Source of the DNA: Octopus sinensis
Lineage: Eukaryota
Assembly (NCBI RefSeq): GCF_006345805.1
Contig: NW_021833041.1
Coordinates: 124,001-188,000, forward strand
Length of the DNA stretch: 64,000 nucleotides
Direction: 5' to 3'
Part shown: piece after piece, positions 25,958-38,530 of the stretch
How the letters are laid out: each line of letters opens with the position of its first letter
Position numbering within the stretch: the stretch's first letter is position 1
The notes under the pieces: model-generated
The model's input: only the letters and a program-made list of their open reading frames with translations
What the model was told of the DNA's origin: nothing
Database searches by the model: none
Translations under genes and position numbers: made by a program

Positions 25958-26513
25958 TATTGTCCAGGTAGAGCACACATCGAGATATTAGCACGTGGCA
26001 TAACAGACTTACCATGCATTAAAAATATAACTTCATCTAACTATTTTTTGAAAAAATAAAATAAATTATGCCGTTCAATATTAAAATTTTTCAAACAAAG
26101 AGGAGAATCATATTTTCCGATTACCAAAGGTTTAATTTTCTTGCCGATTGAATTTGTACATACAGCGATACAAATAAAAAACGGAACAGCCAATTTCTCA
26201 ATATAAGAACAATAACTGTCTCTTTATTTTTTTGATACCAACAGAAATATCTGTTAATCGTAAGAAAGATTTACAGTCGGATTTTTTACAAATAATTCAG
26301 TCTTACCGCAGTTAAAAATATTCTTGGTAGAATATCTTTTCAGGTGATTATCAAAAGTTTAAAAAACTTTTCTATAGAATCGATGTGTCGCAAGACATTT
26401 TTTCGCCAAAAATTGTTTTAAAAAAGTTGATGCTGTTTCTTAAAACGATCAAGTCACTCATTGAAATCTTTAAATTCTGGTAAATTTAAAGCTTGAGTAG
26501 TTTTTTAACAATA

Positions 26514-28006
26514 CACCCCTCGACATAAATATTGGTGAATCTTCAACTTACTTCATTCATACAAAGAATGATTTAATTTTTTCTTCAGATATATTTTAAA
26601 ATCTGATAAAATTGATAAAAATTAATTTAATTATTTAAATTTTGAAATTTTGTCTAAGAAATTTGGAAAAAACAACGACTTTCATTGGCATAAAATTTGG
26701 TTATTGTGAGATTAATATGTAGAATAACCTCCTTTTGCCGAATAGATCTCCCAACACCTTTTTTTCATTGACTTAACTAATTTTTCAAGTGTTTTTGATG
26801 GAATAGAATTCCAAATATCTAATAGATTTTCCTTCAGTGCCTGAATGTTCTCATTTTTTCTTTGCCTAATTTGAACCTTCATATAAGCCCACAAATGCTC
26901 TATCGGATTTAAATCCGGAGATTGCGAAGGCCATTCTAATTTTTTAATATTTTTTTCGCGAAAATATTGAATAATCATTTTTGATGTATGGCAGGGAGCG
27001 TTGTCATAGTCAACAATCCCCATTTTTTGTACAGAAAATGGCAAATTATTGGTCAAAATAGATTGATATTTTGCAGAATTAAGCGTTTTGTCTATAAATA
27101 CCAAATCGCCTACCCCATGATAGGAAAAACAACCCCACACCATGACTTTCCCTAATTTTTTATTACATCATAATTTACCTTTTCCAAATTTGACAGTTGG
27201 AGTAATATTTTCGAATTTATTCATTTCAAATTTTTTTCTATACACAATTTTTCTTTTTTGGATCGGTAATAATTCAAAAATACATTCATCAGAAAAGATT
27301 ATTGATCTAAAATCATGGTCTGAAATTTGAAGAAATTTTTGGACGATCTCGAATCTGGAAACCATGTGTTTTTTTGTTAGAAGTGGTTTTTTCTTTGCAA
27401 TTCTTCCGAAAATTCCAATTTTATTTAAATTTCGTATTATGGTTCGAGACGAGACACGTGTTCCAGAAAACTTTTCTATTTCATTAGAGAGTTCAGAAGC
27501 AGTTAAAGATGAATTTTCCTCTGATGTGCGTACCAAATGATTAATTTGCACATTATTCAAAATTGATAGTCTTCCAGAACCATGTTGGCGGTCATATGAT
27601 CCAGTTTTATTGTATTTCTTGATAAAATTTACGACTGTTGAATATGGAACACCGGTTTCTTTAGAAATTTTAATATATGACATATTTAAGTCGTATAGCG
27701 CAATTATTTTCCCTTTCATAAACGAATCGAGAGTATTATATCTAAAAATATTTTTTTATTAAGATCAATCTCTAAATACTAGCATAATTTGACGGTTTAA
27801 ATTTTATAACCAATTTTTATGTCACTAACCTAATTGCCGACATGCTTTAAATTTCTTGCAATATTAAAATTTAAATCTATTTTAATTATAAATACAAAAT
27901 AAATATTATTTTAGAAGATCTAAAGGATCTTAAAGTATGAATTTATTCGTTTTTAAATGAAAAAAAGCAGGAAAGATTAAATAACCAAATTTTTTCTCGA
28001 GGGGTG
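26514..28006 (-). mobile_element. Tc1 (DD34E) transposon, full length but frameshifted
   Basis: TA|CACCCCTCGA TIRs at both ends. ORFs 27168-27719 (HTH, IIFSDEC) and 26712-27143 (MVWGCFS, DNAPCH, SPDLNPIEHLW), with 34 residues between the second D and E. Confidence 0.9.
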
Positions 28007-28527
28007 TAGATTATAATAATGGTCCGGAAACTACTGAATTATCATTTCTTAATCTATAAAATTTCCTCAATAAAGGATTGCATTTTACTATCCTAAATTA
28101 GCAAATTAAACGATGAAATCCGGATTATAATTAGATTGCTAACATTATATGTCATGTAAATTAGCAAATTAAACTAAAATCAAAAAATTTGATTTTTGTA
28201 AAAAATTAGATATTTTTAATTTATTAAAAAATTATTAATTTGATCTTATTTTTAATTTAAAATTATTCATTTTTATAAAAGTAAAAGAATTAACAATCAC
28301 GTGGTAAAATGCGTTCATATAAATCACTTTGCTTACGTTTGTTTTAAATCATACCTGTGGTTTATTTTTTCATTTTCATAAAATTATAAATCTTTTGGTT
28401 TTTGTATTATTTATTTATAATAAACGATATTGATATCAATTGATTAAATTTTTTTTAAATTGGCCTGAAACTGAATTTTCTATTCTGCTTATTATAAATA
28501 AAACATTTTTAATTTAGTTCATCTTTC

Positions 28528-30635
28528 ATGAAATTTATTTTCATCACTGGAGGAGTTGTGAGTGGTATTGGAAAAGGAATCACATCATGTTGTTTGGGGG
28601 TAATTTTGCAATCGCTTGGCTTTAATGTAACTGCTATCAAAATTGATCCTTATCTGAATGTTGATGCTGGGACTTTTTCACCTTATGAGCATGGTTTAAT
28701 TCTTTATTTCTGATAATATAGGAGAGGTGTTTGTATTGAATGACGGGAGTGAAGTAGACATTGATTTAGGAAATTATGAGAGATTTCTTGGAATATCATT
28801 GACTGGGCGCCATAATATTACTACTGGGAAAGTCTATCAACAAGTCATTCAAGATGAAAGAGATGGAAAGTATTTAGGAAAAACCGTCCAAAGTCATTAA
28901 GTCATTTTATTCATAGTTGTGCCTCACATAACGAATTTCATTCAAAAAATGATAAAAGATGTGTCTAAAATCCCAATCGTTACAATTGACGGATATGAAG
29001 TGATTCCAGACGTTTGTTTAGTCGAGGTTTGAAGTTTTTTAATCTTTATTAGGTTGGAGGCACCATTGGAGATATTGAAGGGATGCCTTTTTATGAAGCG
29101 GTTAGGCAGATGATTCATGCTCTTAATAGAGAAGATTGTTTTGTAGTATTCGTGTCGCTTGTCCCCGAAGTTCTATATTTTTTATCATCTCTAAAGCTAA
29201 AAACAACTGGAGAGCAAAAATCTAAACCAATTCAACATTCAGCAATGAAATTAAGGGAAGTAGGACTGATTCCTGATTTGGTATCTAAAAATAGTAAATC
29301 CTAGATAATCTGTCGATCAACTAATCCTATAAATGAAAGTATTAAGGAAAAAATATCTTCCTCATGCAATACAAAGCTATTCAACGTATAGTTTTTAATT
29401 ATATCCACATTACAGGTCATTAGCTGTCATGATGTTGATAGTATTTACTCTCTCCCGTCACTATTGACTGCCCAAAGCGTCGATAAAATATTAATCAATA
29501 GTCTGAATATATTGCCTTTAGTACTAAATCGTAATCTATCCTACACTAATAAATTGGAGCTTTTTGAACAATATTATAAAAAGTTTTAAATTAATACCTT
29601 ATTTTAGACAAAAATTGTTGAAAAAATGTGTTACCATCGCAATCGTTGGGAAATATACCAAACTGGTAGACACTTATGGATCTATTTTGCATGCATTGGA
29701 ACATGCTTCACTATATGTCGATCGAAAAATCAAAATTGAAGTTTAGTTTTCATTATATACTATAAGATGGTCGAATCTAGTAATTTGGAAGATACCAATA
29801 ATCCTAAATATGAGAGCAATTGGGAAACACTGAGAGCCTGCGAGTTTAACTTTTAATTTAAATCTTATTTAGTGGAATTTTGGTGGCTCCTGGCTATGGT
29901 TTAAGGGGAACAGAAGGAATGATTAAAGTAATAGAATATGCCAGAGTAAATAAAATCCCCTTTTTGGGTTAGGACTTATTAAAACTTTAAGGAATCTGTT
30001 TTGGAATGCAAATGGCAGTCATTGAGTACGCAAGAAATGTTTGTGATTTAATGAAAGCCAACTCTACTGAATGCGATGTAGATACGAACTTTCCAGTGGT
30101 ATAGATTTGTTTTATTGTTTCAAAGGTTATTGTAATGCCCGAGCACAACGGTTGTCAAATGGGAGGCACGATGAGACTTGGGTCTCAAAAGTCTCTTTTT
30201 TCTGAAGAATATCCTGATTCAATATCCAGTTATTTATCAAATATTATAGACTATTAGGAAAATGCTATAACAATGCGGATGCTATTTTTGAGCGTCATAG
30301 ACATCGATATGAGGTTCCTGGCTGATAATTCATTTGAATATTATTAATTATTATTGTTCAGTCGTATCATTCTTATTCATTTTAAATTACATTTAATAGG
30401 TTAATCCATCGTACGTTGACACTCTTACAAAATTCGGATTAAATTTTGTTGCAACTTCTCCGGATAAAATAAGAATGGAAATTTTAGAACTTCCCATTTC
30501 AGGTATAATCTTATATTTTAACTACTTCTAGCTCATCCATATTTTGTTGGAGTCCAATTTCATCCTGAATTTTTATCTTCAGTGGAAAAGCCAAGCCCAT
30601 TGTTTGTTGGATTCATTAAAGCGTCTTGCAAATAA
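28528..30635 (+). CDS. CTPS: CTP synthase, about 15 exons
   Basis: [35 protein letters not shown]|[63 protein letters not shown]. About 14 introns, most of them 24-30 nt. Confidence 0.98.
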
Positions 30636-30984
30636 ACTGGTTTCAATTATAATCCAATTAATTTTTAATTTTCATTTTTGTGTTCACTTTTTCTTTTTTG
30701 TATGTATATATTATTTTTAGGTAGTGTAATTTCCCGTATTCTCAAAAATTGACAGGATTTTTAGCTAAAAATATATTAAAACAAAAATACAATAACTTTT
30801 TATCTGTTTAGAGATGTTAAAAGGACGAAATTTTGTATAATTGCATAATTTCTTGGCGAAGCCTTATTAATTTTGCAGTAATTAAAAAGTGAGTCAACTA
30901 AAATTAAATTCGTCTTAAATAATTCTATTTAATTTATATTTCTCCCTCTTCATATTGGTTTTTTAGCACGCCAGGTAGCGTATA

Positions 30985-31230
30985 TTAAAATAATATTTTG
31001 GCAAAGATAGGATGATTAGTCAAGGGTCAGAAAAAATGTAGATGTTAATCAAAATAAGATTGAAGATGTTATTAGAAACTGTGTTTTTTGTCAGATATAA
31101 TAATTGAAATAAGACGATTAGTCAAAAAGATTGATGGTAAAAACCTTTTATTACATCAATTATTACGAGAGAATCGCGTGATAGATAGCCGATCTCATTG
31201 ACTTAGAAGAATATTCAGAATTAGATATTT
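30985..31230 (+). mobile_element. Degenerate Ginger/KRBA2-like integrase fragment
   Basis: YFGKDRM..., IRNCVFCQ, a 27-nt intron-like spacer (31095-31121), then ..PFITSIITRESRD..IADLIDLEEYSE. Homologous to 57010-57450 and 58886-58930. Confidence 0.6.
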
Positions 31231-31289
31231 CCAGCTACTGCATTTTTTGAAAATATATAGACATCATCAAAAAATCACTTTGATTACAA

Positions 31290-31527
31290 TTTTTTTTTAG
31301 GAAAAACAAAAGAGATAGTTAAATGACAACAAAAATCGCTAAGTCCCAGCGGCAAGGACGCAGTGTGCGTTGCCCCGAACAATGGCCAGGCCGATGCGCT
31401 GGCGGAACCAGAGGCCCTCTCTCGTGTCCTTGAGCCTCCTCCCGATTGACTGCCCGACCTCGTTGAGGAACGAGTCAGTCTCCTTTCCCGCAGCTCCAGC
31501 GGTCTCCAAAGCGATTGCCGTAACGAT
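31290..31527 (-). mobile_element. CRE 3' fragment (subfamily G) with short poly(A)
   Basis: IVTAIALETAGAAGKETDSFLNEVG...WFRQRIGLAIVRGNAHCVLAAGT*; A9 tail at 31290-31298; sister of 57145-57368. Confidence 0.85.
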
Positions 31528-31810
31528 AAGACGGTTTATGGACCTTCTAATCGCCAAACTCGAAAAAACCAGACGATTTGCCATCAAACTGGCATTCGGT
31601 CTGGAGCTCAGCAGTCCGCTGGAGGACCTGCATGAACGGAGTGTTGACACGATAGACGCGATCCTGGCAAAAACTCGAATTCGCTGAGGGAGATAAGACA
31701 GTCTCCTGGGGCAAAACCGAAGTTGAGACCTTCGTGGCTCTCGTTATCAAGCCCCCTAAGCTCTAATTCCTCGGCCACTTTTCTTTTGGTGCTATTGTAT
31801 TAAATAAACC
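31526..31810 (+). mobile_element. 3' fragment of an APE-type LINE (relative of 9410-12285)
   Basis: KLEKTRRFAIKLAFGLELSS resembles KCEKIRRYALKLAYRLDPRG (9553-9837). The 3' UTR shares CTAATTCCT and an AATAAA at ~31803. Confidence 0.6.
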
Positions 31811-32102
31811 ATATTCTATTCTCTTTATTTGTTTAATAATGTTTTCAATTTTTTGAAATTCCAAAAGTTGTTGAATCGTGATTCCCATATTATAGAATTT
31901 TTTCCTTTATTGCAAAGATGTCTGGTTTTAATAGTTACTAATACTCGTATGCGACATAAATGCAATAAAGTGAGGTCACAACTACAACCAAAAATTTAAT
32001 ATATAAATCATAGTTAAAATATCATTAATAAAATTAAAATTATTTTATTAAACACGTTTTATGTATTATGATTTTTCTTGTTAAGATAAAGAGCACAAAA
32101 TA

Positions 32103-32414
32103 ATGTTTACTAGAGATAAACGTATTTGTATTCGCCAAATAAATAAAAGTAGTGAAAAAATGCAAGAAATGTTATCTTTATCGTTCAATCGGTCAAATGA
32201 TTTTTCTGATATATACAGCAGATTAATTTCCTTCGATTCTAAACTTCGCCTTTTTGAAAAAAAATCTAATTGTTTGGTACGGGACGCTGAATCGCTATCA
32301 CATAAGATAAATCAAATGGATGACTTTGCCATTGAGTTGATGAGCTGTCTTGAAAACATTTACGAAACAAACAATATATTATTAACTTTTTTAAATAATA
32401 CATTGATTGATTAA
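32103..32414 (+). CDS. Hypothetical helical/coiled-coil protein, 103 aa
   Basis: ATG-initiated single-exon ORF with host-like composition; no family recognised. Confidence 0.5.
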   Translation: MFTRDKRICIRQINKSSEKMQEMLSLSFNRSNDFSDIYSRLISFDSKLRLFEKKSNCLVRDAESLSHKINQMDDFAIELMSCLENIYETNNILLTFLNNTLID

Positions 32415-32640
32415 TGATTATTTAAAAATAATTATTAACCATGATGCTTTTTATTATTTTATTCATTGTTTTCATTGATAAAAAAATACTTCGAGGTTAT
32501 AGGTAAGGTGTGTAAAGCCACAAGTTGAAGCCGCATTGTATATTGGTTCCTGATCAAATGGGCAAACGTGAATACTGTGAAAACAAAGCAATAGGACACG
32601 TGAGGTCACTAAAGAATATCACTGCTAATTAATTGTATTA

Positions 32641-33221
32641 TGTGACATGGTTTGCGTGATACCTATGGGCCGCGCGATACCTGACGTGACCTTGGCGCTT
32701 AACTTAATGTCAATATTGTAATTAATATTAAACTTCAAAGAATAATAACTTGTAATTATTTTTTAAGTCTGGACATTGGCACAATCGAAATTTCGCTCAT
32801 CGAATTTTTTATCTATTAAATTTGAATGTTTAAACTACCTCAACGCGATTGTTTGATAAAATACTGATAATTTCTGCAGATGGATAATATGGAGATTCAA
32901 ACTTATTCAGTCGCAATCTTTTCGGACTTGTAAACGAATAATTACAATCATCTACATATAGAAATTCAAATTACATGAATTTTCAATTGGACTCGGACAA
33001 TTGTTTGCATCATCGACTTGATCAGGACTCAACAAATCATTACTTGAATTATCTAAGGAATAATTTTATAATTACAACCATAAAATATTGTATTTATTCC
33101 ACTTATTCCCCGGTATCTTTCAAAAGGGCTCTCATTAGAAGATGAGTGGACAGAAATGTTATAACTGTACACTGCATTTTCTAATTTTTCCGGCCATAGG
33201 TATCGCGCAAACCATGTCACA
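32641..33221. mobile_element. Non-autonomous TG..CA TIR element (Ginger-type MITE)
   Basis: ~29-bp TIR TGTGACATGGTTTGCG(T/C)GATACCTATGG and a 5-bp TSD TATTA (32636-32640, 33222-33226). Confidence 0.8.
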
Positions 33222-33759
33222 TATTATATTTCTAAACTTATTCACATTAAATAAATTTCTCAAAATCAAAAAAATAGGAAGCTACAAGAATTGTCAAAAG
33301 TATTAACGAAATTTAACTATTTTTTTCAATTTTTAGTGATTAACAAAAGTTGTTTTGTTTTTCAATTGAATTACATTTTTGATTTAAGATAAAGTTAATT
33401 AGTTTACATTCAGTTAAATATATTATTTATACGTATACTTGAAAAATAATTAATCACTTATTACGTTAATCTCAATTCTCTGAGGCCTATAATACATTAG
33501 ACAGTTTCACTCTAGGTTAAAAATTATGAGAATTTCCCGAAGAATTATAATGAATTTAATTAGTAATCTATTTTCTTTGATTTTTTCTAAGTTTTTTCGT
33601 AATTTATTATCCATTATTATACTGACATAGTTCGTTAGAAAAAAATTGTATATTTTACGTTATTTTGTCGATTAATTAGTATTAATTCGATAAATCATTC
33701 CAAAAGAAACGCAATCATCTCGCTTTAAAACATTAATTATACTTCTATTTTTTAGAGTT

Positions 33760-34376
33760 ATGAACTTAAATCGTCGAAATTCAAGATCATCTGAAAATCT
33801 TGTATATATAATTTATCAATTTCTCAGCCAAAATACGAATTTTTACCTTCATGTCCTGAATATTCGGATATTTTTGATCACAAATATTACTCAACTAATC
33901 TGAATTTTGAAATTCCTACTCCCAAACCAAGTTGTATAAAGTATTACTTATTTCTTATCTGTTTCATAATATTCTTTTTATTTATATAATGTTTAAACGA
34001 TGATCTATTAATTGTAATAAAAACAATCTTATGAAGATAATATAATTCTTAGAGCATTATAAATTACTATAGCTTTTTTCATACTATTGATCAAAATTTG
34101 CGTATTATCTGGTTTTTATTATTAATTTCTAAGTAATTTTTTTATTAAATTAATTTTTTTAGATGCATGAAGAAATTTAATAACACTTCCCGACTACCAA
34201 AGAAACAGCACTCTTGTGGACATAGAATTTGTCGCCAATGCATAGGATTAATTTTAAGTTCTTCGACTGATATGTGGCTTCTCAGCTGTCCAAAATGTGA
34301 AGGAAAAACACATTTAAAGCTCATTAACAGAATTGAATCTATGGAAACAGATATTCTGGCAATAACCTTTGAATAA
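33760..34376 (+). CDS. C3HC4 RING-finger protein (spliced; 5' end uncertain)
   Basis: SCIK|CMKKF...SCGHRICRQC...LSCPKC across an intron ending at ~34162. Confidence 0.6.
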
Positions 34377-34774
34377 TAAATATTTTATTCTTTCATTATA
34401 TCAATCGACAAATTAAATTGCAATTAAACATTTTAGATAATATCGCGAATAATTTCCGATATCTTTGGAATTTTTTCAAGTCAACATGACTCGGCTTTTT
34501 TTGGCAAATAACCTTTCCAATATGACATCTCGAAAGTTGAATGTGATATTCAATCTTATGGTGGCAACTGAAATTTTTTAACCACTTTTAGACAAAAACA
34601 CAAAACGAATATGTTTTAAATAAAAAACGACATGAATCATTTACAATATCTAAAACCGTTGAAAATGTTATATGAATTTAATCAAAATATGATTTTAACA
34701 TAAAAAAGAGAGAAAAGAAGCTTTTTTGGTAAGTAGGTCTGAAAAACCAAATGAAGAAGCAAGAGACGACGACC

Positions 34775-36655
34775 CGTGTCAACTCACTCACTCTATCACT
34801 GCATCATCACCACTTCAGCTGAGTGTGGGAATTCCAAATGGATGTGAAGCTGTAGTGAATGTAACCAAAAAATTCTTATTGCAAAAAAGAAACTCAACTG
34901 ATCCCGGAGTTTTAGCTTAAAGCTAAACATTAAGAACGAATTCAACAGCCTGAGAAGAGATGTGATTCTTGTAGCCTATTTAGAAAGAGCCCACGATATT
35001 ATCGGCTTGGTTTATTTGGCACACGAATCAGACAGTTATCTTTTTTTTGGAGATGAAATCATTAAATCGTGACAGGAGTTAGCAGGGCGATTCTCTCGGT
35101 CCACTGCTGTTCGCCCTCGGTATTGACTCTGTCGTACGCCAAGCCGATTCTACTTTCAACCTGTGGTATCTCGATGATGCAACCATAGAAGAACCCGCTG
35201 ATACTGTAATTGAAGATATTTTCAACATAATTCCCACCCTCCCCCCTTCCCACCCACGTCAGCAAGTGTGACCTTATAAATATCTCTTATTCGCTCGAAA
35301 TATTCGGTTTCGCATCAAACAAATTGTAACTTAGCTTGCCGGGGCAGACAACCACACCCATTGATGATGTTCTTTCCCTCGGCGCGCCCGTGGGCCATAG
35401 CCAATTCAAGAAGTCGCTATCTGAGAAATCCAAATGGGTCACCGATTTTACAAATAAACTCATATCGCTTGATACTCACTACGGATTTTTCATGCTCAGA
35501 GAAAACCTTACGCTGCCAAGACTCTTATACTTGCTGCGAACATCAAACTGCTCAATACAATCTGACATGCTTTAATCGCTCAATACTTCCTGCTAAAAAA
35601 TTCCTAAACATATGCTTTGATGACGCTGGATGAACCTGTTAAAAATTACCTCTACGTTTTGGTGGAGTTGGACTACGTTCGCCACTAGACATGGCTCTCC
35701 CTGCTTTTCTCTCCTCACACGCCATTTCCTACGTCTTCATCACCCAAATCCTACGTTACTCTCGCGGATTGAAAAAGAACCAGGTTTTCTCTGGAGCTTG
35801 TGAACTCTGGAAGAAATCCGGATTGGCTATTCCATCCAAAATCTCACGCCAATGGAATGGGATGATATCTCCAGCAAAGCTAAAATTGACACAATCAGAC
35901 CTACATTGTTTTGGTGCCGCCGCTAGACCTGAAAGTGGTGCGTAGCTTAATGCCCTTCTTTGCTCCCAGTCTGGATCTTTTCTCAATAATGACTGTGTGA
36001 GGATTCGCGTAGTAATGCGCTTGGGTATTAATGTCTACTAGAGGGGCCAATGCCAATGTGGTAGTAAAGTCGATACCAAAGGATTACATCCCATTTCATG
36101 CAGGAGAGCTGGCCGTCCACCCAGACACTCCGCCATCAACGAGATAATTTCGGCTGCGCTACAAGCTGCTGAATTCCCTACCGAACTGGAACCTGTTGGG
36201 TTTGAACGTGGAGACAGGAAACGCCCTGATGGAGTCATCATTCTTCCGTGGATTAACGAGAAATGCCTCGCGTAAGGCTCTAGGTGCACAGACATTTTCT
36301 CGAAGACAAATTTAGTCAACTCGGCAATGAGTTCAGGGTCAGCCGCTAAAAAGGCTGAAGAACTTAAAATCTCAAAATACTCTGACTAACGGACAACTTT
36401 TTTTCACAATCTCTGTAGAAACATCCGGAGTTATGACAAACAAATCCCTGGAACTCGTTGGGAGAATCGGGGAACTGATCTCCAGAAGACGACGAGAGCC
36501 TCAGGAGAAGCAATGGCTGTTTTAAAGAATTTCCATTGCGATCTTGAGGGGCAACGTCCTCTCGATCATTAGTAGTTTTAGATCAAAACTACTTTAATTT
36601 TATTTGGTAATAATATTAGTTCGGACTTAGTTTTCAAAAATTTTTTAAAAAAGAA
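34775..36655 (+). mobile_element. CRE retrotransposon B, 5'-truncated, heavily degenerate
   Basis: QLSVGIPNGCEAVV, QGDSLGPLLFALGI, WYLDD, LPRLLYLLRTS, CQCG, GDRKRPDG, ISIAILRGN; multiple stops and frameshifts. Confidence 0.88.
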
Positions 36656-36786
36656 AAGAGAAATCGTAAATTTTTTGAAATTTATGTTTCTGTCCCTACG
36701 GAAAAATTAATTTTTCTAAGTACTTATAACAGATTTCTATGCCTGATTTTTCAAAAGAAAATTGCGCTAAAGCTAGAATAATTCAC

Positions 36787-37943
36787 GGCGGAAAACAGTT
36801 TGCACCCGCTGCTTTTCTATTCCTATTGCCTTGGATTCTTTCGACGCTCTGGTGCGTTCTTCCGCTGAGAAGATTTTTAATGTCAAGTTTGATGACGTTG
36901 GTTGGTGTCAGGCCAAACTTCCTGTATCTTTTGGCGGTCTGGGGCTTCGCTCCGCGCTCGACCTTTCTCTTCCCGCTTTCCTTTCATCTTCTTCAGGATT
37001 GTATCTTCTTGTCCATAAGATTCTTGAAAAATCACCCAAATCAACTTTGGACTCTGATATCAATTCTCCACTCTTGCTTTGGAAGGAAAAGGATTTCGTC
37101 TTACCGTCAGAACGATCTCTCCAACGTGAATGGGACGAAATTATTTGTGAATATTACGTTGACTCGTTGGAGCGTCTCTCGGACCAGCACAGACTAGCTT
37201 GCTTCCGTGCCAGTCGCCAACCGTATTCTGGCTCCTGGCTTAACTGCCTTCCCACGACCCATTTGGATACCTGCCTCGACTCTGATGCCCTCCGTTTTGG
37301 AATATGCCTTCGTCTCGGACTACCGATTTGTAATCCCCACCCCTGCCGGTGTGGATCAACGATGGACACATACGGGCTCCATGCCCTTTCCTACAAGAAA
37401 AGCGCAGGTCGCATACCTCGTCATTCGGCTCTTAACAAGATCATTCTCCAAGCCCTCGAAAAGGCAGGGTATCCTTCTGTCCTTGAGCCCATTGGTCTTG
37501 ACTGTAGTGACGGAAAAAGGCCTGATGGCTCGACGTTGTTCGCTTTCGACACTGGTAAACCACTAGTTTGGGATGCCTCGTGTGTTGATTCCTTCTCTAA
37601 GTCGGCCATCAACGAATCCGCCTCTCTGCCCGGGTCCCGTGCTAATAGGGCTGAATATAAAAAATCCGAAAAATACCAGGGCTTGTTAGACGGCTTTTGG
37701 TTTTGGCCAATTGTTGTTGAGACTTCGTGCGTCTTTGGCACAAAGACAGTTGATCATCTGAAGAAACTTGGCCACCTCTGTTCATTACGCTCCAAGGATC
37801 CTAGGGAATTTACATTCCTAATCCAAAGGATCCTGTTGGCCGTTGTGCGTGGGAACAGCTGTTCCATCCGGCTTGCTGGCCGATTAATTTCTGATTAATT
37901 TAACTTTCCTTAAACTTCAGAATTTGAGAAATTAAAAAAAAAA
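36787..37943 (+). mobile_element. CRE retrotransposon C, 5'-truncated, intact RLE ORF (355 aa)
   Basis: ORF 36831-37898 (LPVSFGGLG, CRCG, RH, DGKRPDG, WDASC, VETS). A9 tail at ~37935-37943 and a probable 7-bp TSD AATTCAC. Confidence 0.92.
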
Positions 37944-38530
37944 TTCACTAAATCATTTCGACATATCAATTATTTGTTTACTGTGAATAAAATATCATGA
38001 AGTTATCAGATTTTTATTCAAAGATTTTTGAAATAGATTAACAAATCCCTCCTTTGCTTCTCTCATACATGGCGGTCGTCAGTAAATACCCACACTCAGT
38101 GAGAGGTTTATCAGTTTTTCTTTTAGTTAACTCATATAACATCAAAAATGTCTTCCCTCGAATCTGATATTTGAGCAGCATGAAATCAGTCGTTTTTAGG
38201 TGCTACTGCAAACAATATAAACTTTATTAGATTAATACTTTTAAAAATTATTCGTGATTAGGAATTTAAAATTATGCATGCGATTATACATTTTAAAATT
38301 AGAATAATAACTGGTCATCCTAATTTATTAATTGAAATAAGGTCAGTATGACGAAATAAGAAACAATGATTTTGTGTCTTTATATCGAAATAAGATTTAA
38401 GACTTAACTATTCAAATATTGCGGTTAAAACCAACATTTAAATCATCTCATTGACCCAAGTGGAACAATCGATTCTCAATAAATTATAATTTATTAGTTT
38501 TAATGAAAAATAATTCATTAAATTATAATA

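Noticed and set aside
28298-28303. CACGTG E-box upstream of CTPS (possible Myc site)
   Set aside because: The hexamer also occurs in several TE interiors in this window; there is no independent support.
30229-30249. A 21-nt CTPS intron
   Set aside because: That acceptor creates a stop. The next AG (29-nt intron) restores SISRKCY...ERHRHRYE, collinear with known CTPS.
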